DNA from: Elusimicrobiota bacterium
GTDB taxonomy: Bacteria; Elusimicrobiota; UBA8919
Reading direction: 5' to 3'
Assembly (NCBI GenBank): GCA_041658185.1
Contig: JBBAAR010000008.1
Location: 3,723 to 67,722 of the forward strand
DNA length: 64,000 bases
The position numbers were made by a program, and so were the translations under genes. Below are positions 9,342 to 19,623 of the stretch, in pieces (the first letter of the stretch is position 1; each line of letters opens with the position of its first letter). The notes below the pieces were generated by a model. It was not told the origin of the DNA and made no database searches. It worked only from the letters and a program-made list of their open reading frames with translations.

Positions 9342-9813
9342 TTATTTCAGGGGTGAGATTTATCGTGTTAAGAATTGCGATGGTGCTTCTTCCGGTGAGC
9401 CATCCGCCGCATTCTCCGGGATTTATAACAAGAGCGGAATCTTTTCTTATATCAATTTCGTGGGTATGCCCGTAGATAACGATATCGTAATTTTTGCATA
9501 TCTTTAACTGGTCTATGAATTTCGGCTGGTGCATAACGACGACTTTTTTCCCGCCGAGAGCCAACTCAAAAAAATCCTGCTTAATTTCCCCGATATTTTT
9601 AAACCTTTCCAATAAATATGGTTTATCTCCGTCGTTATTACCGAAGACACCGGCAAATTTCATCTTTAATTTTTCAAACTCTTGGGCGGTAAAAGGCGAG
9701 ACAATGTCACCCGCATGCAGAACAATTTCAACATTTTTTCCGTTGAAAAAATCCACCGCCTTCCTGATGGCGTTCATATTATCGTGAGAGTCGGACATAA
9801 TACCTATGAGCAT
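9328..9813 (-). CDS. YfcE/MJ0936-family metallophosphoesterase
   Basis: 'IGIMSDSHDN', 'HAGDI', 'GNND', 'GHTH' calcineurin-like phosphoesterase motifs. Confidence 0.85.
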   Translation of the reverse strand: MLIGIMSDSHDNMNAIRKAVDFFNGKNVEIVLHAGDIVSPFTAQEFEKLKMKFAGVFGNNDGDKPYLLERFKNIGEIKQDFFELALGGKKVVVMHQPKFIDQLKICKNYDIVIYGHTHEIDIRKDSALVINPGECGGWLTGRSTIAILNTINLTPEIIDLP

Positions 9814-9832
9814 ATTTCTACCTTTTTATTCA

Positions 9833-9945
9833 CGGAGCGAGCAAGAAATTTCTGAAGAGCCTCAATTTACGACTTATTCGTTCCAGGAATAAATTGCAGA
9901 GCGAGTTCTGACGAGCGTCTCAAAGAAATTTGCTTGCGAGCGACT
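9833..9945 (+). repeat. MITE-like ~113-bp repeat element, copy A (GAGCGA-GCAAGAAATTT ... AAATTTGCTTGC-GAGCGA)
   Basis: ~90% identical to the reverse complement of 63088-63198. 11-bp imperfect terminal inverted repeats GCAAGAAATTT/AAATTTGCTTGC flanked by GAGCGA. Confidence 0.7.
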
Positions 9946-10363
9946 ATTCTCCGATGATTTTTACCAAAACTTCCCTTTTCCGAGGGCGGTTGTCCATATC
10001 AACGAAAATTATCTGTTGCCAGACGCCCAAAACCATTTTGCCGTTATCAACCGGAACGGTCAACGAGGGTCCGAGAAGCGACGCTCTTAAATGCGAGTGG
10101 GCGTTACTGTCGGAATGCGTCTTGTTATGCCCGTAGTCGCCGGCTTCAGGCGCAAGTTTTTTCAGTAAGTCCTGTAAATCGGAAACCAGACCCGGTTCGT
10201 ATTCTATCGTAGTAATAGCGCCCGTCGCACCGGCAATAAAAACATTCAAGATGCCGTTTTTTATTTTTGATTTTTCCAAAATCTTTTTAAGTTCCGGCGT
10301 AATATCAACTATATCGCAGTTGCCTTTCGTTTCAAAACCAATTTTATCGGTAAATATTTTCAT
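9944..10363 (-). CDS. yjbQ: YjbQ/UPF0047 family protein (secondary thiamine-phosphate synthase-like)
   Basis: 139 aa. 'DITPEL...HSHLRASLLGPSLTVPV...G.WQQI.F.D.D' matches the YjbQ family. Confidence 0.8.
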   Translation of the reverse strand: MKIFTDKIGFETKGNCDIVDITPELKKILEKSKIKNGILNVFIAGATGAITTIEYEPGLVSDLQDLLKKLAPEAGDYGHNKTHSDSNAHSHLRASLLGPSLTVPVDNGKMVLGVWQQIIFVDMDNRPRKREVLVKIIGE

Positions 10364-10372
10364 ACTGTAAAA

Positions 10373-10702
10373 TTATTTATTTTTCTCTTTTTCCTTTTCC
10401 GCTTTGAGTGATTTAGTTAACTGCCAGCGGGCGCCGACTCTCTGAAAACGGTCTAAATTCCATTTTATATCCCGGGTATTCGGTATTCCCCTTAACGCCA
10501 TATCCAGAGTTTTAAGCATATTTATTACGGCAGATTCTTCTAAATCCTTCGCCGCGCTGCCGGTAAAATCCAGTTCGCCTTTAATTTCCACATTGCCTTT
10601 CGCCGTCGTAATCCTCAGTTTTTGAACATTTATCCATCTTTTTACAAGTTCTATTTTTACATTATTGTTAATCTGCCAGTCAATTTTTCTGTCGTACTCC
10701 AT
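10373..10702 (-). CDS. Hypothetical protein
   Basis: 109 aa ORF with a Lys/Glu-rich C-terminal tail and no recognisable motif. Confidence 0.4.
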   Translation of the reverse strand: MEYDRKIDWQINNNVKIELVKRWINVQKLRITTAKGNVEIKGELDFTGSAAKDLEESAVINMLKTLDMALRGIPNTRDIKWNLDRFQRVGARWQLTKSLKAEKEKEKNK

Positions 10703-10703
10703 A

Positions 10704-11954
10704 TCAACCTCCTATTTTTTCAAACCCCGTATATTTTGCAAGATTTTTTGGAATTGAAACCGAGCCGTCGTTATTTTGAAAATTTTCCAGAATTGCGGCG
10801 AAAGTGCGGCCGACGGCAACTCCCGAACCGTTTAACGTGTGGACAAATTCTAATTTTTTATCGCGGCGGATTTTGCAGTTAAGCCGTCTCGCCTGAAAAT
10901 CTTTACAGTTTGAAACTGAAGAAACCTCGCGCCATTTCTTTTCGCCGGGCATCCAAATTTCCAAATCGTATGTCTTCGCCGATGAAAAACCTAAATCGGC
11001 CGTGCAGAGTTCAACCACGCGATATGGGAGTTCAAGTTGTTTCAAAATCTCCTCGGCGTCCGAGACCATTTTTTCAAGTTCAGCCATTGATTCTTCCGGT
11101 TTTGTAAATTTTACGAGTTCAACTTTATTAAACTGATGGTTCCTGATAAGCCCGCTGGTATCTTTCCCGTAAGACCCCGCTTCCCGCCGGAAACAGGCGG
11201 TATATGCGACATATTTGAGCGGGAGTTGTTCTTCCGTTAAAATTTCTTCGCGGTGAATGTTGCTGAGCGGGACCTCCGCAGTAGGTATCAGATATTCGTT
11301 ATCGTTGCACTTGTAAAGTTCTTCTTCAAATTTCGGAAGTTGCCCCGTCCCGATGAGGCATTTTTTTTCAACAATAAAAGGCGGAAAAATTTCTTTATAA
11401 CCGCTCGCCAAATGAATATCAATCATAAAATTTATTAAAGCGCGCTCCAATTTTGCGCCTTCATTTTTAAGCAGCGCGAAACGACTGCCGGAAAGTTTTG
11501 ACGCCGTTTTGAAATCAAAAATTTTAAGCCCCTCGCCGAGTGTCTGGTGGTCAAGCGGTTCAAAATCAAATTTTTTTATATCGCCGGACTGCCGCACAAC
11601 TTTGTTGTCCGTGGGAGACATTCCTATCGGCACGGTATCGTCGGGCATATTCGGGATATAAAGCAATTTGTCAAAAAATAGTTCGTCAAATTTTTTCAGT
11701 TTTTCTTCCGCATCTTTTATACTCTGTTTCAGACGCTGCATTTCGGGGAGCAGTTCGCTTTTTTTGGCGGGGTTTTTGGATATGTCGTCCGTGATTTTAT
11801 TTCTTTTTGCCTTCAGTTCCTCGTTTTCCTTAAGGATTTTTCTGTAATCTCCGTCCAAAGAAACTATTTCGTCCAGGTTGAATTTTGAGTTCCTTTTTTT
11901 GAGCCCTTCTTTTACAATCTCCGGATTTTCCCTGATAATTTTTATGTCAATCAT
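10704..11954 (-). CDS. serS: Seryl-tRNA synthetase
   Basis: 416 aa. N-terminal coiled-coil 'MIDIKIIRENPE...'. Class II aaRS motifs ('FRREAGS', 'GSGVAVGRT'). Confidence 0.92.
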   Translation of the reverse strand: MIDIKIIRENPEIVKEGLKKRNSKFNLDEIVSLDGDYRKILKENEELKAKRNKITDDISKNPAKKSELLPEMQRLKQSIKDAEEKLKKFDELFFDKLLYIPNMPDDTVPIGMSPTDNKVVRQSGDIKKFDFEPLDHQTLGEGLKIFDFKTASKLSGSRFALLKNEGAKLERALINFMIDIHLASGYKEIFPPFIVEKKCLIGTGQLPKFEEELYKCNDNEYLIPTAEVPLSNIHREEILTEEQLPLKYVAYTACFRREAGSYGKDTSGLIRNHQFNKVELVKFTKPEESMAELEKMVSDAEEILKQLELPYRVVELCTADLGFSSAKTYDLEIWMPGEKKWREVSSVSNCKDFQARRLNCKIRRDKKLEFVHTLNGSGVAVGRTFAAILENFQNNDGSVSIPKNLAKYTGFEKIGG

Positions 11955-12061
11955 ATTTTAATTTTAACAGAATTTTCGGGATTTGTCAACCGCACTTATC
12001 CATTTTTTTCTAAAAGATGAAAAAATTCAAGTCCGGCACAAAATACGTTTCAGAATACGCA

Positions 12062-13054
12062 CTAAATTGTAATTGAATATTGCCTGTTACGTCTGGTACC
12101 GACAGATATTACCCTTTTTGTTTTTAATAACGGATTTAATACCTTGTAGACACCCTGTCGGGTAATTTGAAGTTCCGCCGTAAGTTGTTTCATTGTTTTT
12201 GGACCGTCTTGCGCCAATATTATCAGCAATCTCTTCTGCGTTTCGGAAAGTGAAGGCAGTTTTTTTTCCGTTGCCTGCGCCGATTTAAGACGATTATATG
12301 CCCGCTCAAGCCCTTCAGCCGTTATATCGCAGATATATTCCAGCCAGTCAGCCAATCCGCCGGGTTTTCTTGCGTTGCTTAATTGCGAATAATAGAATTT
12401 CCTGTTTTCCAATAAAATATCGTCCAGCGTAAAAACGTGCAGGGTGTCAAATCCGCGGCGATATAATTCCCAACTGGCTAACACTCTGGCTACTCTGCCG
12501 TTGCCGTCGCGGAAAGGATGTATCGTTGCAATTTCAAGATGAGCAATCGCAGAACTTAAAACAGGATGATATTGATGGCTTTCGTTATTTAACCAATCTA
12601 AAAACTTTTTCATAAGATGCGGAACTTTTTCGGGCGAAGGCGGCGTGTGGTCTCCGACATATACCTGAACCTTTCTGTATTTACCGACAGGAACGCCGGC
12701 AACCGCTTTTTCACCGATAATTTTGTGCAATGTAAAAATACTGCCTTCCGTAATAACTTTTGTATTTTCTTTTTCTCTTATCCATCTGACGACGTCCAGA
12801 TAATTTTTTACCATCTGTATATGGAATTCCGGTTTTCGCGGTCTTTCACCGTCATCCACCTGTTTGACTTCCTGCGGAGTCAACGTGCTTCCCTCAATTG
12901 TCGTTGAAGCATAAGCCATTATTACCGCCGATTCTTTCTGAACTACCGGAACGAACACTCCTTTTGTTGAACTACCCGCAATTTTGCCATGCAGATAATC
13001 TATCTCCGACAGCGTTTTCATTACTCTCGGTCTGATTTCAATGTTATCCGGCAT
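12062..13054 (-). CDS. Fic/DOC family protein with C-terminal winged HTH
   Basis: Fic motif 'HPFRDGNGRVARVL'. Fic_N-like 'TIEGSTLT'. C-terminal wHTH. Confidence 0.88.
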   Translation of the reverse strand: MPDNIEIRPRVMKTLSEIDYLHGKIAGSSTKGVFVPVVQKESAVIMAYASTTIEGSTLTPQEVKQVDDGERPRKPEFHIQMVKNYLDVVRWIREKENTKVITEGSIFTLHKIIGEKAVAGVPVGKYRKVQVYVGDHTPPSPEKVPHLMKKFLDWLNNESHQYHPVLSSAIAHLEIATIHPFRDGNGRVARVLASWELYRRGFDTLHVFTLDDILLENRKFYYSQLSNARKPGGLADWLEYICDITAEGLERAYNRLKSAQATEKKLPSLSETQKRLLIILAQDGPKTMKQLTAELQITRQGVYKVLNPLLKTKRVISVGTRRNRQYSITI

Positions 13055-13183
13055 ATTTCTATCCTTTTGTCATCTCTATGTCAACCTTATGTCAACTACA
13101 GTTTACATAAAGTTTCTCATAAAGTCAAGTGTTTTTTTATTTTTTTGAGGTAAGTTGCAGGTCAAGTAAAATTCTTGCATGTA

Positions 13184-14206
13184 CTATAGATGATGCGTGG
13201 TTTTATGAAAATCTCTTATACTAAAAAAAATAACAATGATTATTAAAATGATAAAACTAATCCAAATTAGATTAAAATTAGGAATAGTCTCATATTTTGG
13301 CATACCTACTGACAATAATTCAGAAGTTGCTGGTTGATTTTTACTTTTAAAAACAATCAATCTGTTTTGACCAGGTTTTAAACACGAGATGTTAATATTT
13401 ATTAAACGTTTCTTTATATTATCAATTTGAAATACTTGGTTTTCTATAACCTCTTGAAGTAAGCCTATTCCAGGAGCATCGCTCATATTTATTGAAATTG
13501 GAATGTCAATTGCGTCAGATTTACCAATGTTTTTGATTTCAAAAGGTGTCAAAGTAATATACCGTGTTTCGCTTAGACTTTTATAAGCTATCAATTGTTT
13601 ATTTATTTCCGTTATTTTTCTTATTTCAATATTTAAGATGTCTTTAAAAAACTCAATTAATGAATTATCGGTCGCTTTATATCCATATTGTAATTGTAAT
13701 TGTAATAAAAAATTGATTGGTGAATTAAACATATTAGAAGGACTTAAAGCAGTTTCATCTTGTTGTTTTTCATAACCGAGTTTGCATTTCAGGATTGATA
13801 AATTAAATTTATTTTGATCAAAATCTTTTGCCTGAATTGCTTTCTTGTCATATTTGTCATAAAAATTTGATTTTGATTTATCATACCAGTCTAAATAATG
13901 ACATATAAAATATGGTTTAATCAAATTTCCCTTAATTGATGCACTTCTTAAACCCTCATATTTCGTATACTTCTCTAAATCAATAGTAATATCGCATCCA
14001 TTCTTTTTTAACTCTTCATTAAATTTAATAAAATCAACAATCACAACAGGATTGTGCGGGATAAGTTTTATTTTAGGTCGATTCGTTAAAAAACCATATG
14101 ATATAATTAATCCAATTATCACAGACAAACTAGAAAATACCATTAAATAATTTTTCAAATTATTAATTTCAACAAGCCACAATAAATATTCTTTTATTTT
14201 TTTCAT
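13184..14206 (-). CDS. Hypothetical membrane-anchored protein (N- and C-terminal TM), AT-rich
   Basis: 340 aa with a TM helix at each end. No motif. ~28% GC. Sits between Fic and the methyltransferase. Confidence 0.45.
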   Translation of the reverse strand: MKKIKEYLLWLVEINNLKNYLMVFSSLSVIIGLIISYGFLTNRPKIKLIPHNPVVIVDFIKFNEELKKNGCDITIDLEKYTKYEGLRSASIKGNLIKPYFICHYLDWYDKSKSNFYDKYDKKAIQAKDFDQNKFNLSILKCKLGYEKQQDETALSPSNMFNSPINFLLQLQLQYGYKATDNSLIEFFKDILNIEIRKITEINKQLIAYKSLSETRYITLTPFEIKNIGKSDAIDIPISINMSDAPGIGLLQEVIENQVFQIDNIKKRLININISCLKPGQNRLIVFKSKNQPATSELLSVGMPKYETIPNFNLIWISFIILIIIVIFFSIRDFHKTTHHL

Positions 14207-14305
14207 TTATCTTAATAACATATACACCTATTCAGGGACAAATTTTATATACTCATCCTAAAATTACTTTTTAAGTTTTCGAATAAAAAACCAGAACCGC
14301 TCTGA

Positions 14306-15550
14306 TTATATTTTTTTCAATATTACAATATATTCTTGGGTCATCGTATCGTCTAATTTGCCGAGCTCGTTTGAAGGGGAATTTTTTGCGGGCATTCTTT
14401 TATTGGGTATGTTTCTAACGCTGGTTTTTATATGCTTAAAACCGTTTAATTCGAACATTTTGACTATTATTTCGTCAGTCGGCAAAATTGTGCCTTTTAC
14501 TTTTCGGTTACCTACAACATAGCAAACAACTCCGTTTTTTTTAACTTTTTTTGATACATTATTCACGGAAGAAAATAAATCAATATAAAATGAAGCAACA
14601 TCTTTTACCCTGTTTTCATCCTTACTTTTTATTTTTTTTATAATATCGTCTAATACTTTTATATCAAACTTCGGTATTTCCTGCACTCTTATACCGCCCA
14701 TCAATTTTTTATCTACTTGATTTGCATTTTCAGAATCTAACCACTGATTTGCTAAACGCGAAAATTGCCCATATGCAACGGTAGTTCGTGAATCCCCGTA
14801 AGGTGGAGATGTTACGACAATATCAACGTTCCCATCGGCAATTATATCATCAGGTATTTTTTCGGAAGAATTAAAATCAAATACATCCGTATGTGCACCG
14901 TTACAAAGTTTTTCACTGAATTTAGCATATCCGTTTCTATTGCGCAATAATTTACCGAACATTAATCCGAAAACGTCCGGCTCAAACTTCTGAATTTGTT
15001 TTTCAGACATTCTGTATAATTTAAATTCACCGTTTCTCGTCAGCGATGCCTCCCTTACCGTTTCACTGAAAGCAACTTTGAAAAAATCTTTTATGTCTTC
15101 ATCTTGCACATTATTCACGTATTGTTTTACGGTAGCCAAATCCATTATGATGTTTTTTTTGAACCAGAAATTTATATTATTGAAATCAGGTATTATTAAT
15201 GATTTACGGGAATTGTTAAAATGTATTTGAAAAATGAAATCATTAAAATCTCTTATAAATAAATCCAAATTCTGCAAGTTAACTTTTGTAGTTTTAACCT
15301 TAGAAATCAACCGAGCCAATGGATTTAAATCAGTTCCAATAGCATTTATGTTTTTTAAATTTGCCTCTACCAAAGACGTTCCAGTACCGCAATATGGGTC
15401 AAACAATAATTTTGCTTTTTGACCATACGTTTCTATCAATCTTTCCGCTATTTGAGGAATCATCATAGCAGGATAACTATGAAAACAATGGGTATATGTT
15501 TTGGTATTCTCGTTTCTAAAATCCCAAGACAAATCCATGGATTTTTTCAT
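14306..15550 (-). CDS. DNA methyltransferase (N6-adenine/N4-cytosine type, motif I before motif IV)
   Basis: Motif I 'LLFDPYCGTGTS' and motif IV 'VVTSPPYGD' (SPPY). 414 aa. Confidence 0.8.
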   Translation of the reverse strand: MKKSMDLSWDFRNENTKTYTHCFHSYPAMMIPQIAERLIETYGQKAKLLFDPYCGTGTSLVEANLKNINAIGTDLNPLARLISKVKTTKVNLQNLDLFIRDFNDFIFQIHFNNSRKSLIIPDFNNINFWFKKNIIMDLATVKQYVNNVQDEDIKDFFKVAFSETVREASLTRNGEFKLYRMSEKQIQKFEPDVFGLMFGKLLRNRNGYAKFSEKLCNGAHTDVFDFNSSEKIPDDIIADGNVDIVVTSPPYGDSRTTVAYGQFSRLANQWLDSENANQVDKKLMGGIRVQEIPKFDIKVLDDIIKKIKSKDENRVKDVASFYIDLFSSVNNVSKKVKKNGVVCYVVGNRKVKGTILPTDEIIVKMFELNGFKHIKTSVRNIPNKRMPAKNSPSNELGKLDDTMTQEYIVILKKI

Positions 15551-15553
15551 ATC

Positions 15554-16324
15554 TTATATTATTTTTCCCTTATGTAAGAAACAATCAATGAGATATTTCT
15601 CTTCAATTCTGAAAGCAGTCCCATGATTGCGAACCGTTCCATTCGGTTTCAAGTGGATTCTTATGTCCATTATTATAATACCTTTTTCAATGTAATCAAG
15701 AAAAATTTTGCTATTGACATTTTCCAAAAGATACGCTTCGTTGTACCAAAATTCTTCTTCGTTTTTTTCGTTCAATTTAGTATCTGCAAAAACAACCATT
15801 AAATTAGGCATTTTTTTCTCGAATTGCTCGGTAAGATGAGTTAATTTCCACTGTCCTAATACAACTTTATCAATGTGTTTTAAAAGCATTAAATCATTAT
15901 TTTTATCAATTTCTAAAAATAAACCTTGCGGATTTGGGTTATTATTGACCGTACAATAAAGTGCCGGACGCTCATCCTCATCTTTATAGCCGTATTTTTC
16001 AACGATATAATTCTGTTTCTGCTGCCAAGCGCCTCTATTAAAAGTGAACATTGTTACTCGGTTAGATACATTTTTTCTTTGGGTTTTAAGTTCAATTTTT
16101 TCTAAATCAGGCCCGGCAATGTTGTTTTCAGTTAAACCAAGTTTTTGCTCCAAAGTGTGTCCTACCCCGGTATTGCCGCTCCTCATGGACTTCATATAAC
16201 CTTTTTTCGATATTTTATTAATCTCAATTTTAAACTCTTCTAAATTCATATTATTTTTGTTTTTTGTTAAACTAATTTTGATACAAGTTCTTTGAAACTT
16301 TTGACTTCCTGCCAGCCGGTGCAT
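15554..16324 (-). CDS. Putative type II restriction endonuclease (PD-(D/E)xK-like), partner of the methyltransferase
   Basis: 3-nt gap to the MTase. 'GPD...EKIELK' is a PD-ExK-like motif. The likely true start is the internal 'MNLEEF' (~16249). Confidence 0.5.
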   Translation of the reverse strand: MHRLAGSQKFQRTCIKISLTKNKNNMNLEEFKIEINKISKKGYMKSMRSGNTGVGHTLEQKLGLTENNIAGPDLEKIELKTQRKNVSNRVTMFTFNRGAWQQKQNYIVEKYGYKDEDERPALYCTVNNNPNPQGLFLEIDKNNDLMLLKHIDKVVLGQWKLTHLTEQFEKKMPNLMVVFADTKLNEKNEEEFWYNEAYLLENVNSKIFLDYIEKGIIIMDIRIHLKPNGTVRNHGTAFRIEEKYLIDCFLHKGKII

Positions 16325-16542
16325 TTTACTCCGACTTCACCGTTATAGAAATAATAAACGTTGTCTGTAATTTCCGTTAAACGTTTTTTTCCGTAATAAT
16401 TCTTAAGATAATTATGAATTTTCTTTTCTAAAAAATTTTCATTTTTCGCAGAGAAAATTTTCCCAAAATTTTGTTCATATTCCCCGCAGATAAATTCAAA
16501 ATCAACAAAATAGATTCCATTTTTTCTACAATTATTTTGCAT
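16267..16542 (-). CDS. Hypothetical small protein upstream of the R-M pair
   Basis: 91 aa ORF overlapping the REase 5' region. No motif. Confidence 0.3.
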   Translation of the reverse strand: MQNNCRKNGIYFVDFEFICGEYEQNFGKIFSAKNENFLEKKIHNYLKNYYGKKRLTEITDNVYYFYNGEVGVKCTGWQEVKSFKELVSKLV

Positions 16543-16588
16543 ATTTTTATAAGTTTATTCTACTTTTTTTGAGATAATAAGTCAAACT

Positions 16589-16774
16589 CTATTTGTTAAT
16601 TTCTTCGGCTTCGTCAGCGGAGTGCCAGTTTTCCAGATTGCTCAATATTTCTTTCTGATTTACAGGCAATTTTCTTGCTTTTATTATTGCTGAATTTTCA
16701 TCTTCGGCTTTAACTTTATAAGTGCAATAGCCGGATGAGTAAATTTTAACTTCAAACTGTTTTTGATTTTTCAT
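16589..16774 (-). CDS. Hypothetical small protein
   Basis: 61 aa. 4-nt overlap with the upstream Zn-ribbon ORF. Confidence 0.35.
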   Translation of the reverse strand: MKNQKQFEVKIYSSGYCTYKVKAEDENSAIIKARKLPVNQKEILSNLENWHSADEAEEINK

Positions 16775-17022
16775 ATACGAAATCTTTCATTCAAAACCAC
16801 ATAATCGTCACTTGTTTTTGAGTCGCATTCAATGCAAACATAATCGCCTTTGGGATAATTTACATTATTTGCTTTTCTGGTGGCGATATCATTCAGGTCG
16901 GGGACTCTGTTGACAAACCAACCGGAACCGAGCGACACACTTCGGCCGCAGTGATTACAAATCTGAATACTTGGTTTTATTTTTGAGATTCTCTGTTTCG
17001 CGGTTGGGGCTGTTTTTTTCAT
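16771..17022 (-). CDS. Zinc-ribbon protein (CxxC...CxxC)
   Basis: 83 aa with 'CNHCGR....CIECDS'. Confidence 0.45.
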   Translation of the reverse strand: MKKTAPTAKQRISKIKPSIQICNHCGRSVSLGSGWFVNRVPDLNDIATRKANNVNYPKGDYVCIECDSKTSDDYVVLNERFRI

Positions 17023-17118
17023 TTCGCTCCGTGGGACGGGAACGACGGGTCAATGATGCGGCGTGATTTAATTATATCTAATTTATGCCGGTGTTAACTT
17101 TTTGCTGATTTATGCAAC

Positions 17119-17517
17119 TTATCCCTTCAACGAAAATATCTGTTTATGATAGTCAAGCGTCAAAATAAATTTACTCAAAAAACTTTTCACACCAAGTAAC
17201 GGGACGTTCAAATTCGGCATAAAATCAATCAGAACATCTTGACCGGTAAAATTTCGTATCTCAATCCTGACCGTGTGTGAATATGCAGTAGTTTTACCGT
17301 TACCGGTATTTATTTCTTTCACAAAACCGGCATTTAAGTTATGTCCGAGAATACTTGCAAAACGCGAGGGTAGGGCACACTCATCCGCACCGGTATCAAC
17401 CAATCCCAAAACTTTTAATCTTTTATTTGTATGAGGATTTATTATGGTGACGGGCAACCACGGACGGGAGATGTCTCCGGAACTTAATTTTGAAAAAGGT
17501 ATGTTTAAGAGTTCCAT
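17119..17517 (-). CDS. Retropepsin-like aspartic protease (clan AA)
   Basis: 132 aa. Catalytic 'LVDTGADECALP' (D-T/S-G-A). Confidence 0.7.
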   Translation of the reverse strand: MELLNIPFSKLSSGDISRPWLPVTIINPHTNKRLKVLGLVDTGADECALPSRFASILGHNLNAGFVKEINTGNGKTTAYSHTVRIEIRNFTGQDVLIDFMPNLNVPLLGVKSFLSKFILTLDYHKQIFSLKG

Positions 17518-17519
17518 TC

Positions 17520-17708
17520 TTAATATATTTGAACCATGTTCTTGGCAGGTACAAATAATATAACGGGGTCGGAGAATCCTTTCCCCGTTGCTTTTTTATA
17601 TGCTTTTTGCGGGTCTTTATCGTGGGCAATTACATCCGGTTTGTTAAAATCCGCTATTGCAACATATTGCCCGGAATATTTTTTTTCTTTTATCAGTACA
17701 TGCGACAT
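17520..17708 (-). CDS. Hypothetical small protein upstream of the retropepsin
   Basis: 62 aa ORF 2 nt from the retropepsin start. Confidence 0.35.
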   Translation of the reverse strand: MSHVLIKEKKYSGQYVAIADFNKPDVIAHDKDPQKAYKKATGKGFSDPVILFVPAKNMVQIY

Positions 17709-17797
17709 ATCAATTCCTCCAAATAAAACTTTTTCTGCATTTAAGTATATCTAAAAAAATAAAAAAGTCAAGTGAAAAAATCGGTTTTTGATTTCTG

Positions 17798-19192
17798 CTA
17801 CCCTTTTACCACGCCAAGCGGTTTCATTTTTGCGACTTTTTTGGAGATGCCGGCGCGGTGGCACACATCAACGACCATATTTACGTCTTTGTAAGCATTT
17901 GGCGATTCTTCGGCAAGTGTTTTCCATTCTTTTGCCTGAACGGTGATTCCTTCGCTTTCAAGCCGTTTGGCAAGTTCGGAGCCCCTTTCACCTTTTAACG
18001 CCTGCGTTCTTGACATCACCCTTCCGGCGCCGTGGCAGGTGCTTCCCCAGGTCTCTTTTAATGCCTGTTCGGTCCCGACCAGCACATAACTTGCCGTTCC
18101 CATAGTTCCCGGGATTAAAACGGGTATGTCCGGAAATGAACGGGTCGCACCTTTTCTGTGAATGAATATTTTTTTACCGCCGTGTTCCTCAAATTTTCCG
18201 ATGTTGTGAGCGACATCGTAGACCAGTTCAAGTCCTAAGTCCTTCGGCGATTTCGTCAGCACTTTCATAAACGTTTCCCTGACCCAGTGCGTAATTATTT
18301 GTCTGTTCGCAAATGCGTAATTTGCCGCGCAAGCCATCGCCGAAAAATATTTTTTGCCTTCATCGGATAAAACCGGCGCGCAGGCGAGTTGCTTGTCAAT
18401 TAAATTTATTCCGTATTTTCTTGCCGCAGAAAGCATTACTTTGATATAGTCGTCGCAGACCTGATAACCCAGCCCGCGGCTTCCGGTATGAATCATCACC
18501 GTTATTTGTCCCAAAAAAATTCCGAATTTTTGCGCATATTTTTCGTCGTAAATTTCAACAACTTCCTGAATCTCCAAAAAATGATTTCCGGCACCGAGCG
18601 TGCCTAACTGCTCTCTCCCTCTTTCAACTGCTCTGGGCGAAACCGCTGAAAAATCCGCTCCGGCAAGTGTTCCTTTTTCCTCAATGTTTTCCGAGTCCTT
18701 TTTTTCGCCGAAGCCCGAATCTTGCGCCCACTTTGCGCCTTTTTCAAGAACATTTTTTACTTCCTTGGACGAAAGATTTAACTTGCCGGTTGAACCCACT
18801 CCCGACGGTATGTTTGTGAAAAGTCCGGCAACCAGATTTTTTACGTGGTTTCCCACGTCTTTTTTTGAAAGGTTCGTCCGCAATAACCGCACGCCGCAGT
18901 TTATGTCGTAACCGATTCCCCCGGGGGAAATTACTCCGTCATTAAGATTAAAAGCGGCGACACCGCCTATCGGGAAACCGTATCCCCAGTGTATATCCGG
19001 CATTGCAAGTGATTTACCGATAATACCCGGGAGTGTAGCGACATTTGAGACCTGCTGGTATGCGTTGTCATTACAGATGTTAGACACCATTTTTTCGGAA
19101 GCAAAAATCAGCCCCTCGGTGCGCATCCCTCCGATTTTTTCAATCTTCCACCTGTAATCGTCAACTTTTTTTAAGGGACAGAACTGCGGCAT
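17798..19192 (-). CDS. rtcB: RNA-splicing ligase RtcB
   Basis: 464 aa. 'MPDIHWGYGFPIGGVAAF', 'GAGNHF', 'CHGAGR' are the RtcB metal/GTP motifs. Confidence 0.92.
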   Translation of the reverse strand: MPQFCPLKKVDDYRWKIEKIGGMRTEGLIFASEKMVSNICNDNAYQQVSNVATLPGIIGKSLAMPDIHWGYGFPIGGVAAFNLNDGVISPGGIGYDINCGVRLLRTNLSKKDVGNHVKNLVAGLFTNIPSGVGSTGKLNLSSKEVKNVLEKGAKWAQDSGFGEKKDSENIEEKGTLAGADFSAVSPRAVERGREQLGTLGAGNHFLEIQEVVEIYDEKYAQKFGIFLGQITVMIHTGSRGLGYQVCDDYIKVMLSAARKYGINLIDKQLACAPVLSDEGKKYFSAMACAANYAFANRQIITHWVRETFMKVLTKSPKDLGLELVYDVAHNIGKFEEHGGKKIFIHRKGATRSFPDIPVLIPGTMGTASYVLVGTEQALKETWGSTCHGAGRVMSRTQALKGERGSELAKRLESEGITVQAKEWKTLAEESPNAYKDVNMVVDVCHRAGISKKVAKMKPLGVVKG

Positions 19193-19203
19193 ATTTTCTG
19201 TTT

Positions 19204-19623
19204 TTACACATCAAAAATTATTTGGGTTTTGTAGCCGGCGGTGGTTTTTTCAATTTTCAAATTGTGGTAGGTGGCGGCTTTGATATCGTTTGAAATTTCG
19301 TGGGCGGAAATCTGTTCGCCGGATATGTTGGCATCCAGATGGGTTTCGCTTATTTTTAAGATATCAAATCTCTTAAAGAGTACTTTTTTTGTTGAATAAT
19401 AATACAGGAGTTCATTAAGAAAGGTTATCAGAAGTTCCTCGTTATCGTGTGCGTCAATTGAAACGGATATTAAAATTTTTTCATTAATTTTTTCAAGCGG
19501 GGTGATAACGGAGAACATTCCGAATGCGGCATTTTCAAAAAGATCGCCGGTGGTTTTTCCGTAAGCGATAATACCCACATCCGCGGTGTGATTGAGCGTC
19601 TCAAACTTCTTTGTCGTCTCCAT
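19204..19623 (-). CDS. Archease (RtcB activator)
   Basis: Start taken at '[18 protein letters not shown]', since the archease N-terminus contains 'HTAD.G'. Immediately downstream of rtcB. The longer ORF (to 19677) would overlap gyrA. Confidence 0.8.
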   Translation of the reverse strand: METTKKFETLNHTADVGIIAYGKTTGDLFENAAFGMFSVITPLEKINEKILISVSIDAHDNEELLITFLNELLYYYSTKKVLFKRFDILKISETHLDANISGEQISAHEISNDIKAATYHNLKIEKTTAGYKTQIIFDV

